NCBI GenBank assembly: GCA_010909165.1
Contig: MU008192.1
Location: 248,001-312,000, forward strand
Reading direction: 5' to 3'
Source: Anthoceros angustus
Lineage: Eukaryota > Plantae > Anthocerotophyta
Length of the DNA: 64,000 nucleotides
The position numbers and the translations under genes are program-made. Position 1 is the first letter of the stretch; every line of letters starts with the position of its first letter. Under the pieces are notes generated by a model. That model saw only the letters and a list, made by a program, of their open reading frames with translations, had not been told where the DNA came from and did no database searches. Positions 27,037 through 39,836 of this stretch are shown in pieces.

Positions 27037-28029
27037 CTACCTCGCTTCCCCTTCCCTTTGTCCTTTCTGGCTCGGCCACGTGCCTCATCCCGCCTCCCGC
27101 TTATACCGCCTCCAGCTTATGGGCCTTTCCACCGAGGCCTCGCCTCCCCGGGCTCGCAACAACTCCCCGCATCTCCCGGTTCGCCTGTGGGCATCCTTAA
27201 TTTGAGCCATGAGCGCTTCACTGGCTCGTCATGGCTTGCAACTTCTCCGGCCCCGCACAAATCTTCTTGAATCTTGGCCCTTATTTCCTCTAGGACCCGC
27301 TTGTCTTCCTCCGCTGTTTGCGCTTGGCCTCCTCTTCACAAACCGGCCTTCACCACTTCCTCCCGCCTGCACACCGAGCCGTGAGAGCTAAAGCCGCTTG
27401 ATCCAACAACCGCTGGGCCCGGATCATCGACGTGGTCAGCCGCAAGTCCACTTGTGGCGGCCCCGCCAGACGCCATCCTCCTGCCGAGAACTTTCTCCCA
27501 AGAAGGTGCGCACTCACCAACTGCTGCATCCACCTGCTGCTGGAGTCCCCTTGAAAATCTCTTCCCATGCCGAGGAGGGGTCCGCGAGGTCACCCTAAAC
27601 CCTCCGGAGTTGATTCATCATCCGCATCCGTGTCAAGAAAATTGTCCTCCTCGGATCGCGCCTCCTCTTCGCCACCTCAACCGCTTGGCTTTCATTTTCG
27701 TAGCCTGCTGACCGGTGACACATCCGCCTTCACCTTTTCGCCGATGCCCGCCTTTCCACCCCGGCCTTCCTCTTTGGAATTTCCTTCTCCTCCTCGAATC
27801 GCCTGCCGCCACCGACTCCTGCCTATCCGATTTTTCCCGATTTCCTCCTTGGGCTCCTCCGCCCATTTCACCTCCCTAACTGCTTCCACATGTGGAGGAG
27901 GCCACAATTCCACCTCCGCGTGCGCTAGCACATAAAGATGGACCAAATGGTGAGATTAGAGAGGGTCGAGGGTAGGAGAAATCGTTCAACCTCTTCACAC
28001 AACTTGTCAAGAGAATTCGTCCCCAATCG

Positions 28030-31000
28030 ATACTTTGACCACTTCATGAAGGAACAAAGAAGTGGTCGACAAATAATCCCGCTTTGTGTCATAGAAACAT
28101 AGGAGCCATCCGCCGACCATCAATCATACTACAATGTCGCCAACCGTTGTTCGACCACGCCCGCCTTAACCAGGCGGCGCCGGCCAGGTTCTTTCCCGGA
28201 CGGCTCCATCACCAAACCGCCCGCCTCCTTATCATACACCCTCCTAACCAACCTGTGTCCCAACTCCGCTCTAATTCCCCGCCCGTCGCTTGTCCTTCGT
28301 GGCGACACTCGCACCATCCCAAGTTCATGTAATTCCACCGTTCTTCCATGAAGCCAAGCTTCAGCCCTTCACCAATTCCAAATAACTTTCCAATGATCCA
28401 TGTTTGGCCATGGAGCAAGCACAATCTCATGCGACCTTGGGCGCCATCCCTCCACAAGAGTCTCCCGGTCTCGCTCCAAATCACTGACACCACACCACCG
28501 GGCACCTGTGGGGTTCCTACCTCCTCGCCGCCCGAGCGCCTTCCTCCTCTAGCGTCACACTGCGATGTCGCGGATGGGGGTTCGGAGCTCCTTCCCTCGT
28601 GGGTGCGCCTGCCCTCCCCGCATCGCGTGTTCTCCGGATGCAACTCCTCGACTGTCGCCTCCAGCCTGTCGCAGCCTCCGCCGCCGCTCCTCCACCGGCG
28701 CCTGCTTGTCCGAACGGATCATTCCTAGGGTTAAGTTCCCACCCCCACTGCTCGACCTCGCGACCGCCGCCTCCACACCCCAATCCACAACCCCACACTC
28801 ATTCAGCTACCGCCCAATCGGTTGACTCCAAGCCTATAGACCTATCACTCCCTAATTATACCAACCCCTACCTCACATATATAGACCTTTTAGTGGACAT
28901 CCCAAGTCCATGGGCCAAGGAACATCGAGTTCCCGGACCCCTTATTATCTAACCTAAGAAATAAAAACAAGGAAAGAAAACCATAGGCCAAGGACGTTTC
29001 TTTTATAAATACCCTTGCCTACTGTCAACCTGACTTATTTTCACACCACACTCGACCAAAACAAAAAAACACTTCAAGACACATCCCAATAGGGGGTTTC
29101 CGAGTCCAGATTGCTTACACGCAAGTGGACGATCGCCATCGCGCACGACGAACCAGGAGGCGGCGAGGTGGAGGGGTCGTGGCGCCGCACGCACCCCCGC
29201 AATGGGCGGGCGGAGGAAGGGCGGCCGGGCAAAGATGCAGCGGGCCGCATATGCGCAATGTTCGCTGGCCGACGGAGCTTGCGTACCGGCGAGTGGTCAC
29301 GCAGCGCTTTTGGGCTTGTAACTGCCCCTCGGAGCCGCAACGCCGCCGAAGGCGCCCATGCGAAGAGGATCACCGCACATGCGCGGACGGCGGGGCGCGG
29401 AGGAGGCCGGAAGCGACGGTGGCATGGAAGTCGGGCGACGGTGGAGCCGGTGTGGGAGTGGGAGAGCCCCCGGCAAATCCACTCCACTGACTCCGCATGT
29501 GCGAGAGCGTACAGGGCACAGCCGGGGAGGGCGAGAAATGTGTGGCACGATGCTGGTCCGGGGAAATGGGTACTCATGGTATTGGAGGTTGCAGGATTGT
29601 CCGCAATGCACAAAGATTTCATTTTCGCTGCTGTGGAGAAGACAGATTGTGGCCCACAGCCACTGAGGTCTGGGTTGGAGGTGGAGCTCAAGGTGCCTCG
29701 ATGGGCAGGCTGTCATGCACGCATGGGGCACGGAATGCTGGAACGCGCCAAAGAATTGGCATGGCACGTTGGTGCCATTGTGGATGCACCAAGACCCGTG
29801 ATTGCACCGCGGCTCACACAACACCGAGGGTCCCAATCGATTTTGACCACTTCATGAAGGAAAAAGAAGTGGTCGGACAAATAATCCGCTTTGTGCTAGA
29901 AACATAGGAGCCACCGCCGCACTCCATCAATCAATACAAATCGTCACCACTGTTCCGAATTACCGCCTTAACCAGGCGGCCGGCCGCTGCTTCTTTTCCG
30001 GACGGCCCATCACCAAACCGCCCGCCTCCTCCTTCTGCGCCCATACACCCTCCTAACCACCTGTGTCCCAATCCGGCTTTAATTCCCCCGCCTACTGCTT
30101 GTCCTGTGTGACGCGACACTCGCATCCCAAGTTCATGTAATTCCACCGTTCTTCCATGAAGCCAAGCTCACCTTCACCTCCCAAATAACTTTCCAATGAT
30201 CCATGTTTGGCCATGGAGCAAGCACAATCTCAGCTGCGACCTTGGGCGCCATCCCTCCACAGTAGCCTCCCGGGTCTTGCGCCTCAAATCGATGCGAATT
30301 CCCGGGGGCCCTGTGGTTCCTACCTCCTCACCAACCGCCGAGCGCCTTCCTCCTCTAGCGTCGCGACTCGCGATGTCGCGGATGGGGTTGAGCTCCTTCG
30401 GGTCGCGCGCCTCCTCGCATCGCTGCTGTGATGCCCGACTGCTCTCACTGCCGTGCCTGGGCTGCCGCCGCCTCCGCCACACAGGCCTGTTGTGAACGGG
30501 ATTCATTTTCCTAGGGTTAAGTTCCCGGGTTCCCCTACCTCCTCGACCGCCGCTCCACACCCCAATCCACAACCCCACACTCATTCAGCTACCGCCCAAT
30601 CGGTCAACTCCAAGCTTATAGACCTATCACTCCCTAATTATACCAACCCCCTACCTCACATATATAGACCTTTTAGTGGACATCCCAAGCCCATGGGCCA
30701 AGGAACATCGAGTTCCTAGACCCATTATTATCTAACCTAAGGAATAAAAACCAGGAAAGAAAACCATAGGCCAAGGACGTTTCTTTTATAAATACCCTTG
30801 CCTACTGTCAACCTGACTTATTTTCACACCACACTCGACCAAAAAAAACAAAAAAACACTTCAAGACACATCCCAATAGGGGGTTTCCGAGTCCAGATCG
30901 TTTACACGTGGGCAGTGGACGCATCGTCACTGCGCACGACGAACCAGGAGGCGGCGAGGTGGAGGTCGTGCTGGCCGCCGCGACCTGCGGTCGCGGTGGA

Positions 31001-31560
31001 GGAAGGCGCCGCGATGCGCGGGGGATATGCGCCGGCAAGCGCGTCAGAGCTTGCACCGGGCGATGTGGTGCGCAGCGTAGCTTTTGGGCTTGTAACTGCC
31101 CCTGTCGAACGCTGTCTGAAAGGCGCCCATAAAGAGGATCGGCTGGCATGCGCTGACGGGCGGGGTGAGGAGGCCGTGGAAGCGGCGGTGGCTCGCGGGC
31201 TTTCGGGCGACGGTGGAGCCGGTGTGGGAGTGGGAGAGCCCGGCAAATCCACTCCACCGACTCCGCATGTGCGAGCCGCTGAGGCACCCGGGAGGCGAAA
31301 TGTGGCACGACCGGTCCGGGGAAATGGGTACTCATGGTATTGGAGGTTGCGTGATTGTCCGCAATGCACAAAGATTTACCGCTTCGTGGAGACAGATGTG
31401 GCTGCCCACCGAGGTCCGTTGAGGTGGAGTCAAGGTGCCTCGATGGGCGCCGCCATGCACGCATGGCACGGAATGCGGAACGCGCCTAAAGAATCGGCAT
31501 GGCACGTTGGTGCCGTTGTGGATGCACTCAAGACCCGGGATTGCACCGCGTGCACGACCA
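28030..31560. repeat. Tandem duplication of an unidentified unit of about 1.8 kb
   Basis: TTTGACCACTTCATGAAGGAA at about 28035 and 29843; CAGCTACCGCCCAATCGG at about 28803 and 30586. The copies differ by many small indels. Confidence 0.8.
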
Positions 31561-34500
31561 TCGAGATAGGAACGCCACCGGTGACCATGCTCGTGAGAAG
31601 TCAATGGAGGCTTCGTGGGAGCCACCACAGAAGGACGCCTTTTCGGCAATCACCGTCGTTTGAAAGTGGAGGAAAGCAGGATGGCACCCTATGGTCGCGG
31701 TGGAGGGAATGATAGCGATGGATGTTCTCGCAATCGGAGAAGTGGAGTTGGAAGCTAGTGGTGAGGCGGTTGGGCGGAATGGGACCCGGCGTCACATGTG
31801 CTCGCGTGGAGGGAATGATAGCGATGGAACATGCAAGTGAGGCTCGTTTGTCGGCGGTGGGACATTGAGCATCCTCCCTGTGGAGTTGGATCAACACAAT
31901 TTTTGTGGGCGCCGCTCATTGCCGTTCGTGTACAATGAGGTGACATTTCATATGTTACTTGGACTTGAAGCGAGCGAAGGAGTATTCCGGAAGCATGTGA
32001 CACGATCATCGGGGCATGCCACACAATGGGGGTCGCAGGATCGCCACGATGTGGAAGATCCCATGCCTTTTTGTTACCGCCAGGTCGTGGAACCTGCATT
32101 GAGGTAAGGCGGCGAGGTTACATCGTTTCCGGGTTTCGGCGCGGCACGAAGATTGAAGGCGAGGCCGCCGACGGTGTCGATGTTTGCATCAGCGAGGGGC
32201 AGCAGTGTGTATGCACGGCGGGAAGCGGCCCATTAGATTGTTCACTCGGACGGCGGTGTGGCGTGCGTCTGGTTTGGAAAGTGCTGGTGCACTTGTGCTG
32301 CACTTCACAAAATCAAATGAAACCGAAGGAAAGTGATAGCTACGGCGCTTTCGCCCGAGCTGCGGCGATCTACTATCGACATCACGGGTGTGCAAACCCG
32401 CATGCGCTTCAAGCGGCGGACCGTCCGTGGAACACAAAATCGGAGTGGCAGTGATATGGTGGCGGTATGCGGAAACCCTTTGGCTGCGGACATGGCATTT
32501 CGGGCAAAGTGTTAGGGAGGATTATCGGGCGGGCGCGGAGACACCTGGTGAGGTTTGAGCGGGAGGAAGGCGCATGGGCAAAAGCGGTCCATTTGGAGGA
32601 AGTAGGGGGCGCGAGGTGTGGAAGGTGTTGAGGCCACCACCCCCATCACACAGGCGGCGGTGAAGGAAGGGTGCCCATGGGGCCTTGGCAGCGGCCTTGC
32701 AAGGCAGGCGGACGAAGAAGGAAGAGGGTGGCCAGTGCGCCAGCACGGGCTGCATCAAGAGGACTTGGCGCAAGGCCATCATCATGAGGACGGTGATCAC
32801 GCAATTCCGTGCGAGCAGCGGGCGGGGATGAGGGCTGGAAGGGGAGATGAAGGATGCATAGGAGGCGGCGGGCCTGTGCGCCACATAAGCGTATCTTGGA
32901 TTTGCGCGCACAGGGGAGGCCATTGAAAGGCCTACCGGAGCTAGGCTGCCGGCTTGAACGGTGACGAGGCTCTGCGCCGGCACCACGGCATGGCAGGGGT
33001 GTATGGGAGGCGTTGGAGGAGGTGTGCCGCCGATTGCCACACACACCCATGGCGTGCAATGGAATCACGATTCGTGCGGCGGGCTGGCTGGATGGAATCG
33101 AAATCCCTAGGAGGCGGTGAGGCGCTGCGTTTGATGCGGAGCACATGTAACGACAGTCGGCGATGCGCATCCGCGCGTCGATACCAATCGACACCCATGT
33201 ACATGTGGCATATGGATTGTAAGTGCGTGATGCGAGGTGCGATGTTCGCGAGATTGCGTTGCAGGAAGAAGTGATTGCGGGAGTTGGCGCAATCGGTGAG
33301 TGCATGTTGCCTTGTCTGCGACTTATGACAAGATGTACCAATTCTACTTGAGTGCATGGGGCCATAGATGGGGCAACCCATTCGTCCCACAGTTGGTCTT
33401 GGAGGATAACAAGCGGGGCAGCGATTTTCAACGCCTATGTGGAAGCGGTGAGGAAGTTTGGGCATCGCGTGATTGATCGGACTATCGCGACAGCACAACC
33501 TAATAAGCGGATATGAACCGAGCGAGGCCAAGGGCACATGGAAGCAACTTCATCCATGCCCCTCATGCACAACCGGTAAAAGTGTGGTGCTTGTCGTTTT
33601 CCTTATGCGCAGCGGTGGTGTCGGTATCGGGATTATTGCGGAGGATTGAGCATTTCGGCGGTCCTTGGGAGAAAGTGGGCATTCCTCTACAAGGGTACAT
33701 GATGGATATGGTGAGGAGCGGTACTGGACATCACCCCCAGCACATCCATTCACTGCGTGACCTTCATGCCCACGATGAGGCGGAGCTCGGCGTTGGAGGC
33801 GGTATGGAATAGGCACGGGTGCGGAAGATCGAGGCAGCCGGCGAGACATTCCCGGCCATGTGTACGCAATCGCATTCAAGAAGAAGGTCGACTACAAGGG
33901 TGGGTGCGACCACCGCATATGGGAGGAGGCGATGGCGAGGAGTTCGATGTGGGTGGCCTCGGTATGCACAAAGCGTGGCGAGATGCCACCACTCGGTGAC
34001 ATTGCTGCGGGGTGAAAGCTGCTGCATGTCCATTATTTTATGCAGTTGCGGCATTGTGCGAGGGAGGCGCGCCGCCATATGTGCGACCATGGGGGCCCAG
34101 AATCGTGTGGGGCACGTGGGTTGTCACGAGGCTGCGGATGGCGAGGACAATGCATATGCAAAGGCTTGCGGACATGGACTTCCTCCCGGACATGTATCGG
34201 TGCATGGCACTAACAACACTCTGCGAGTGCGAGGGAGTACGAGACGCATTGCCCGAATACCTCCACCGGTGGACGGAGGCTGAAGCCACCCGTGGGCGTG
34301 GAGAGCCATCACCCTGCTGCGGGCTGTGGTGCACCAGGCGTGAGGGGCGTGTGGCCCAAATTTGCGGCCCTTCCGGAAGTGAGCTAGGTGTAGGCGGCAG
34401 AAAAGTGTTTTGTGTGCTCACCATGACCTGGGAGCGCTGAGAATGTGGATTTCTTTGTTCTGGCCTTTTGAGACGTGAGCCCAGTGGTGGCTTTGTTGTG

Positions 34501-34929
34501 GTCGAGTGTAAAGGCTGGTTGTGTGAAGATGGTGTGCGCTACGAGGGTATGGCTGGCAAGTGCGCACGACGCACCGGATGGCGCGTGCACGAGGCGCATG
34601 GCGCCTCAGCCTATTAGCCACAAGGGCACGTATGCTGCGGCGTGGCGCTCCGCACGGATGGCTCCTCCACGCTATCTCCCATAAAGGCCTGGCAGCGGTT
34701 TCCTTGGCAAAGTAGTGAGATGGGGTCATGCGAGATGTGCGATGGCTCATGCCCCGGCACCCTAAAAAAATATTGTGTGTCACAACCACAAAAGATTACC
34801 ACACACCATGTGGCGAGATCGGGACACCGAGGGCCGACATCGGTGACACCGAGTTTTCCGCCGTATGCGTGAAAACTCTTTGTCACGATCGAAAAAAACC
34901 CTAAAGGGCTTCCTGACGAGATCGGTATT

Positions 34930-35608
34930 CCATAATGAACTCGATGCCCCACAACCAAATCCTTCTTAGCTGTACATAGTTTTAGATACAATGTACAACA
35001 AAGACTGGGAAATGGCAGACTTTGTCTTCGGCAGCGTTCCACGGCTCCAACGGCATCAAAAAGCTTCCCTGCTGACATATGCTCACGGTAACAGCAATAA
35101 CAACACCCATTGCCGATCCTGCACACCTCCCAGGTTTAGGCTTACCCGAGGAGCTGGACTCGGAAGGAGAGGCACCATGTTCCATCTGGATATCCATGCA
35201 CATGAGGTGCTCATCAACCCAAGCTGGCTCAAACATGTTGCTTAATCACAGCACCTCGTCGGATCCCTTACGCCGGAAGTCAGGGGAACGGGCGGTCTTC
35301 TTACCTCGTCTGTTGTCCCACCACAGGGTAGGGTTCAGAAAAAATTGCTGCCACAAGTGCTCTTGCTCCTGGCAACGACCGTAGCTGGAAAACCCGTCCC
35401 TATCCACACACTTTCTCGGAAGTGGAAGTACTGGGCTCCTTACACTGCTGCACCTGGAGGCTTTGCTTGCCAGAAGTCGACTCCCTAAGCTGAGGTTAGC
35501 AGGAGCTCCTCGTTGAATCCCTATACACACACCAATTTGCTGGGTCCCGCCTGAAAGCCAACGAACTGCAAAGAGAAGAAAAGAAGCTTCAGCCTTCGCT
35601 GTGGCCAT
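34930..35608 (-). pseudogene. PPR gene 5' fragment (transit-peptide-like N-terminus, PDF/WW-like motif, first PPR-like repeat)
   Basis: LWQQFFLNPTLWWDNRRGKKTARSPDFRRKGSDEVL then TGA; SAGKLFDAVGA..LKLCTAKKDLVVG matches 62806..63462. Confidence 0.8.
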
Positions 35609-35959
35609 CGTTCAGGGACCGCTGTCGGAGGTGCATGGACAGGACTAGGCCGCTCACAAACGCGTCCTCTCCACGCGCACAAACCCACGGCCTTTACAGC
35701 AGCCAGGCCAGGGTCGGTGGACTGACCTGGACGGTGAATGGCAGTGCTTAACTGCCCAGGACATGGGAAATTGCTGCAGAAAAGCAAGGCTGGACTGCAG
35801 AATTGGGCTGACTTTGCTCGTGAACCAATCTCATTGTGCAGTCCTTGCATTCTTGAGTTGCTAGTGTGTCATGGGGACACTGTTGTGAGATGAGAATTAT
35901 GTTCTGCAGCTTGTCTCCGTGGAACCCAATGGGGTTGGCCACCACAGCTTAAACATGCA

Positions 35960-36905
35960 ACCAGTGGTTGCATGTTTAATGTGGTTGGCATCAACAGGTT
36001 GCACAGGCCTTCAGAAGGCAAGTAAAAGTAACATGGTCAGCCAAAATGAGGTCCTCTTGCTCCATTTGTCGATACACAACGAGAGCTTCTTGCCCGGTTC
36101 CAAGTTGCTGTGCATACCCAGCAATCAGGGCATTCCATGTCACCTCATTCTTTATGGCCAAGCTCTCAAAAACCTGGCGTGCGTCGTCCAGTTCACCACG
36201 TTTTGCATACATGTCCACAAGGCAGTTGCCCAACATTACATTTTCCTGCAGTCCTCTTTGACAATCTCTGAGTGCGGCTGCCTGCCCCTCTGTATGGCAC
36301 CAGTGGTTGCACAGGCCTTCAGAAGGCAAGTAAAAGTAACATGGTCAGCCAAAATGAGGTCTTATTGCTCCATTTGTCGACACACAACGAGAGCTTCTTG
36401 CCCAGTGCCAAGTTGCTGTGCATACCCAGCAATCAGGGCATTCCATGTCACCACATTCTTTATGGCCAAGCTCTCAAAAACCTGGCGTGCGTCTTCCAGT
36501 TCACCACATTTTGCATACATGTCCACCAGGCAGTTGACCAACACTACATTTTCCAGCAATAATTGACAATCTCTGAGTGCAGCTGCCTGCCCCTCTGTAT
36601 GGCACCAGTGGTTGCACAGGCCTTCAGAATGCAAGTATACGTGACATGGTCAGCCAAAATGAGGTCTTCTTGCTCCATTTGTCGACACACAACGATAGCT
36701 TCTTGCCCGGTTCCAAGTTGCTGTGCATACCCAGCAATCAGGGCATTCCATTTCACCACATTCTCTATGACCAAGCTGTCAAAAACCTGGCCTGCATCTT
36801 CCAGTTCACCACATTTTGCATACATGTCCACCAGGCAGTTGACCAACACTACATTTTCCAGCAATCCTCTTTTGACAATCTCTGAGTGCAGCTGCCTGCC
36901 CCTCT
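35960..36905 (-). pseudogene. PLS-class PPR repeat array fragment (about 3 near-identical triplets)
   Basis: Repeats of NCLVDMYAKCGELEDARQVF / VVTWNALIAGYAQQ / HVTFTCLLKAC with a period of about 303-309 bp. No start or C-terminal domain. Confidence 0.9.
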
Positions 36906-36914
36906 GTGTGTTAA

Positions 36915-37165
36915 CTCTTCGGGAGCCATCACATATTTTGACAATGGTATCAGTGATTCAATCGATTTTGGGAGCGGTGGCTTTGGCAGCAGTTCGGGAT
37001 TTGGCTCAGGCCTAGATTCAGACCCCTTCGGAAAACCAAAAGGACGGTCAACACAACCTGTCCCTTTTGTTGCCCAAGGAGCTGGTATGAAGCTTGGCAA
37101 GTCACAGAAGTCAAACCAGTTCTTAGAATCCTTGAAGGCGGAAGGTGAAGTGATTGTAGAGGAGG
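36915..37165 (+). pseudogene. Coatomer subunit delta (delta-COP) gene fragment
   Basis: [50 protein letters not shown] matches the plant delta-COP linker region as recalled; not searched. Confidence 0.8.
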
Positions 37166-37584
37166 GCCTTGCCGATGATCACCGGTTGTGCTCCTGTATC
37201 CACGAGCACAAGCTTGGGGGCATTCCATTCACAGTGACATGGCTTCCCTATTGTCCACCATGGCATTGCTCACCCGCACGTTCATGCGGTTAGTGGGCTG
37301 AATGCGTGGATGCTCCCGAGTGCTTCGTGCGCCCTGAGAGGCATAGGCGCGAATCTGCCCTGGAAGTGGCTGGTTCTAACCATGACTGTCGGGGGCGTGC
37401 CCAGCCATTCCTATCATCGTGACATGTGCGAGGCAGTACCCAGCCATTCCTGTCATCGTGACATGTGCGATGGTGCTGGGCAGTACCCAGCCTGGATCAC
37501 CAGATATGACTGCCCATGTGGGCTCTGCCGGCTGTCCCGGCTGTCCCGAGTATGGGACTGTAGGGTCCTGACGCTAAAGACACC

Positions 37585-37987
37585 ATGACCCATCTGCATA
37601 TCGAAGGAAACGAGCTGCTCATCAATCCAAGCTGGCTTAAACAGGTTATTTAACCACAGGACCTCGCCGGACCCCTTACGCCGGAAGTGAGAGGCGAACC
37701 GGAGCTCTTCTTATCTCGTCTGTTGTCCCACCACATCGTAGGGTCCAGAAAAATTGTTGCCACGAGTGCTCCTGCTCCTGGGGACGAGCATCGGTGGAAA
37801 ACCCATCCCCACCCACACATTTTCTCGGAAGTGGAAGTGCTGGGCTCCTGACACTGCTGCACCTGGAGGCTGTGTTTGCTAGGGATTGATTCCGTAAACT
37901 GAGGTGGCTAGAAGCTCCTCGTAGAATCCCTGTACACACACCAATTTGTTGGATCCACAAGGGCTCCCGTTGACATACTGTGGCCAT
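37585..37987 (-). pseudogene. Second PPR 5' fragment (N-terminus and PDF/WW-like motif)
   Basis: MATVCQ..QQIGVCTGI..QEQEHSWQQFF, then FLDPTMWWDNRRDKKSSGSP after a frameshift. Confidence 0.78.
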
Positions 37988-38149
37988 CGTTTAGGGACCG
38001 ATGTCCGAACATGAGTGTAACAACAAACTACGGCAGGATGCCCAGGTACTGTGCATGACCGCACCACCCCGAAGAATGGTGCAGACGGTTTTTTTCGGGT
38101 ACCGAGAGAGAAACAAACGTCATATTTTCGAAGATTTGGCAAAGTTTAG

Positions 38150-38340
38150 GAGACAAACTGATATGTGAAGTATTGCTGGGCTCCTTACACTGCTGTAGTA
38201 GAAGGCTTGTTGGTTGTCTGCCGCGCGTGGATTCCCTAAAGTGAGGTGAGCGGGAGGTCCTAGTGGAATCCCTGTTCGCAGAGCAATTTGTTGGATCGAT
38301 CACAACGGTCAACTTGCCACACTGTGGCCATCCTTCAACG
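38150..38340 (-). pseudogene. Third, more decayed PPR N-terminus remnant
   Basis: GGGCTCCTTACACTGCTG..CAATTTGTTGGATC..TGTGGCCATC aligns by eye to 37843-37990. Confidence 0.55.
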
Positions 38341-38687
38341 TCCAGCAACAGACTGTTTTGGCAGCATCAGCATCCGCAGGAAACTAACTGTGTATGACTA
38401 CAGACGGTGCAGACCGTTTTTTATTGCGTACAGAAAAAGACCGTTATGGTGTCAAAGTTTTGGGCTTGTTAGGGTTAGTAAGGAAGGACTTTGGTGCGCA
38501 AATTTGCTGGAGTCCAGCTACATACCTAAACATTCCTCAAGCATTGTCATAACTGTCGACATGCAGACTCTGTGGCCTCAGAAGCTAAGGAGTATGTACA
38601 ACATTCTCGGATTGCCTTGTGCTATGGTGCAGCAAGTTGATTTGCCGGAATTCGGGTCCTCAGGCGGCCGTTCGGCCAAGAGCAGCC

Positions 38688-39836
38688 ATGGAGGGCCAGG
38701 CACAGGGCCCGAAGAAGGGTGCATCTCGCACGAGTTGGGTTTTGATGGACGTGAATGGCCACAGTACTGCGTTGGATGTAGACAAATATGCGATCATGCA
38801 TCGAGTAGGGATACATGCCCGTGATCTTCGGATTCTAGATCCTTTGCTCTCGTATCCATCGACCATCCTCGGGCGCGAGCGGGCCATTGTGCTGAATCTT
38901 GAGCACATCAAGGCTATTATAACAGCTGAAGAGGTTTTGTTGAGGAACCCTCAGGGAGAGCACGTGATACCAATTGTAGAAGAGCTCTCTCGCAGGCTGC
39001 CTGCGAAGAATTATGTGCAGCAACCTGACAATTTTGGAGTGGAGGGTTATGATGTGGATAGTAGTGGAGAGGTTCCCCCTTTCGAGTTTAGGGCATTGGA
39101 GGTGGCTTTGGAAGCTATTTGTAGCTTCCTGGATGCACGCATGACAGAACTTGAGACTTCGGCGTATCCGGCTCTGGATGAGCTGACTAGTAAGATTAGT
39201 AGTCGGAATCTGGACAAAGTGAGGAAGCTGAAGAGTGGGATGACCAGACTCACTGCTCGGGTGCAGAAGGTTAGGGATGAGCTTGAACAGCTTCTGGATG
39301 ATGACGGGGACATGGGTGACCTATTTCTGACAAGAAAAATGATGGGAGCACCATCTCCTACAGCTCGGACGTCTTTGACACCTGGGAACTGGGTTGCCAC
39401 CTCACCAACAATAGGTTCAAGAATCTCTCGAGGGGCTAGCAGAGCTAGTACGGTGTCTACCTATTCTCATGGAGCTGAGGACATTGAGGAGCTTGAAATG
39501 TTGTTGGAGGCATACTTCATGCAGATTGATGGGACTCTAAACAAACTCACAACGCTTCGAGAATACATTGATGACACGGAAGATTACATCAACATTCAGC
39601 TTGACAACCACAGGAATCAACTCATACAGTTAGAGCTTATATTGAGCTCTGCAACAGTAGTCACTGCCCTGTATGCACTAGTGGCTGGAATATTCGGGAT
39701 GAACCTTCCATACAAGTGGAACACCGGCCACTCCTACATGTTCAAATGGGTGGTTATTTTGACAGGGGTTGCAAGTGTTCTTGTTTTCGGGGGTGTACTG
39801 GCATATGCACGCTACAAACGCTTAATCGGTACATAA
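38688..39836 (+). CDS. MRS2: MRS2/MGT (CorA-superfamily) magnesium transporter, intronless, 382 aa
   Basis: [71 protein letters not shown] (GMN motif) and two C-terminal TM segments. ATG 38688 (MEGQAQ) is preferred over the 38619 start. Confidence 0.95.
   Translation: MEGQAQGPKKGASRTSWVLMDVNGHSTALDVDKYAIMHRVGIHARDLRILDPLLSYPSTILGRERAIVLNLEHIKAIITAEEVLLRNPQGEHVIPIVEELSRRLPAKNYVQQPDNFGVEGYDVDSSGEVPPFEFRALEVALEAICSFLDARMTELETSAYPALDELTSKISSRNLDKVRKLKSGMTRLTARVQKVRDELEQLLDDDGDMGDLFLTRKMMGAPSPTARTSLTPGNWVATSPTIGSRISRGASRASTVSTYSHGAEDIEELEMLLEAYFMQIDGTLNKLTTLREYIDDTEDYINIQLDNHRNQLIQLELILSSATVVTALYALVAGIFGMNLPYKWNTGHSYMFKWVVILTGVASVLVFGGVLAYARYKRLIGT

Noticed and set aside
21174-34800. Dozens of overlapping 60-300 aa ORFs as real genes
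   Set aside because: GC-rich shadow ORFs on both strands, not conserved in frame between tandem copies and with no recognisable domains.
38619-38687. N-terminal extension of MRS2 in the ORF track
   Set aside because: Begins at a non-ATG codon and shows no MRS2-like sequence; ATG 38688 gives a typical family length.
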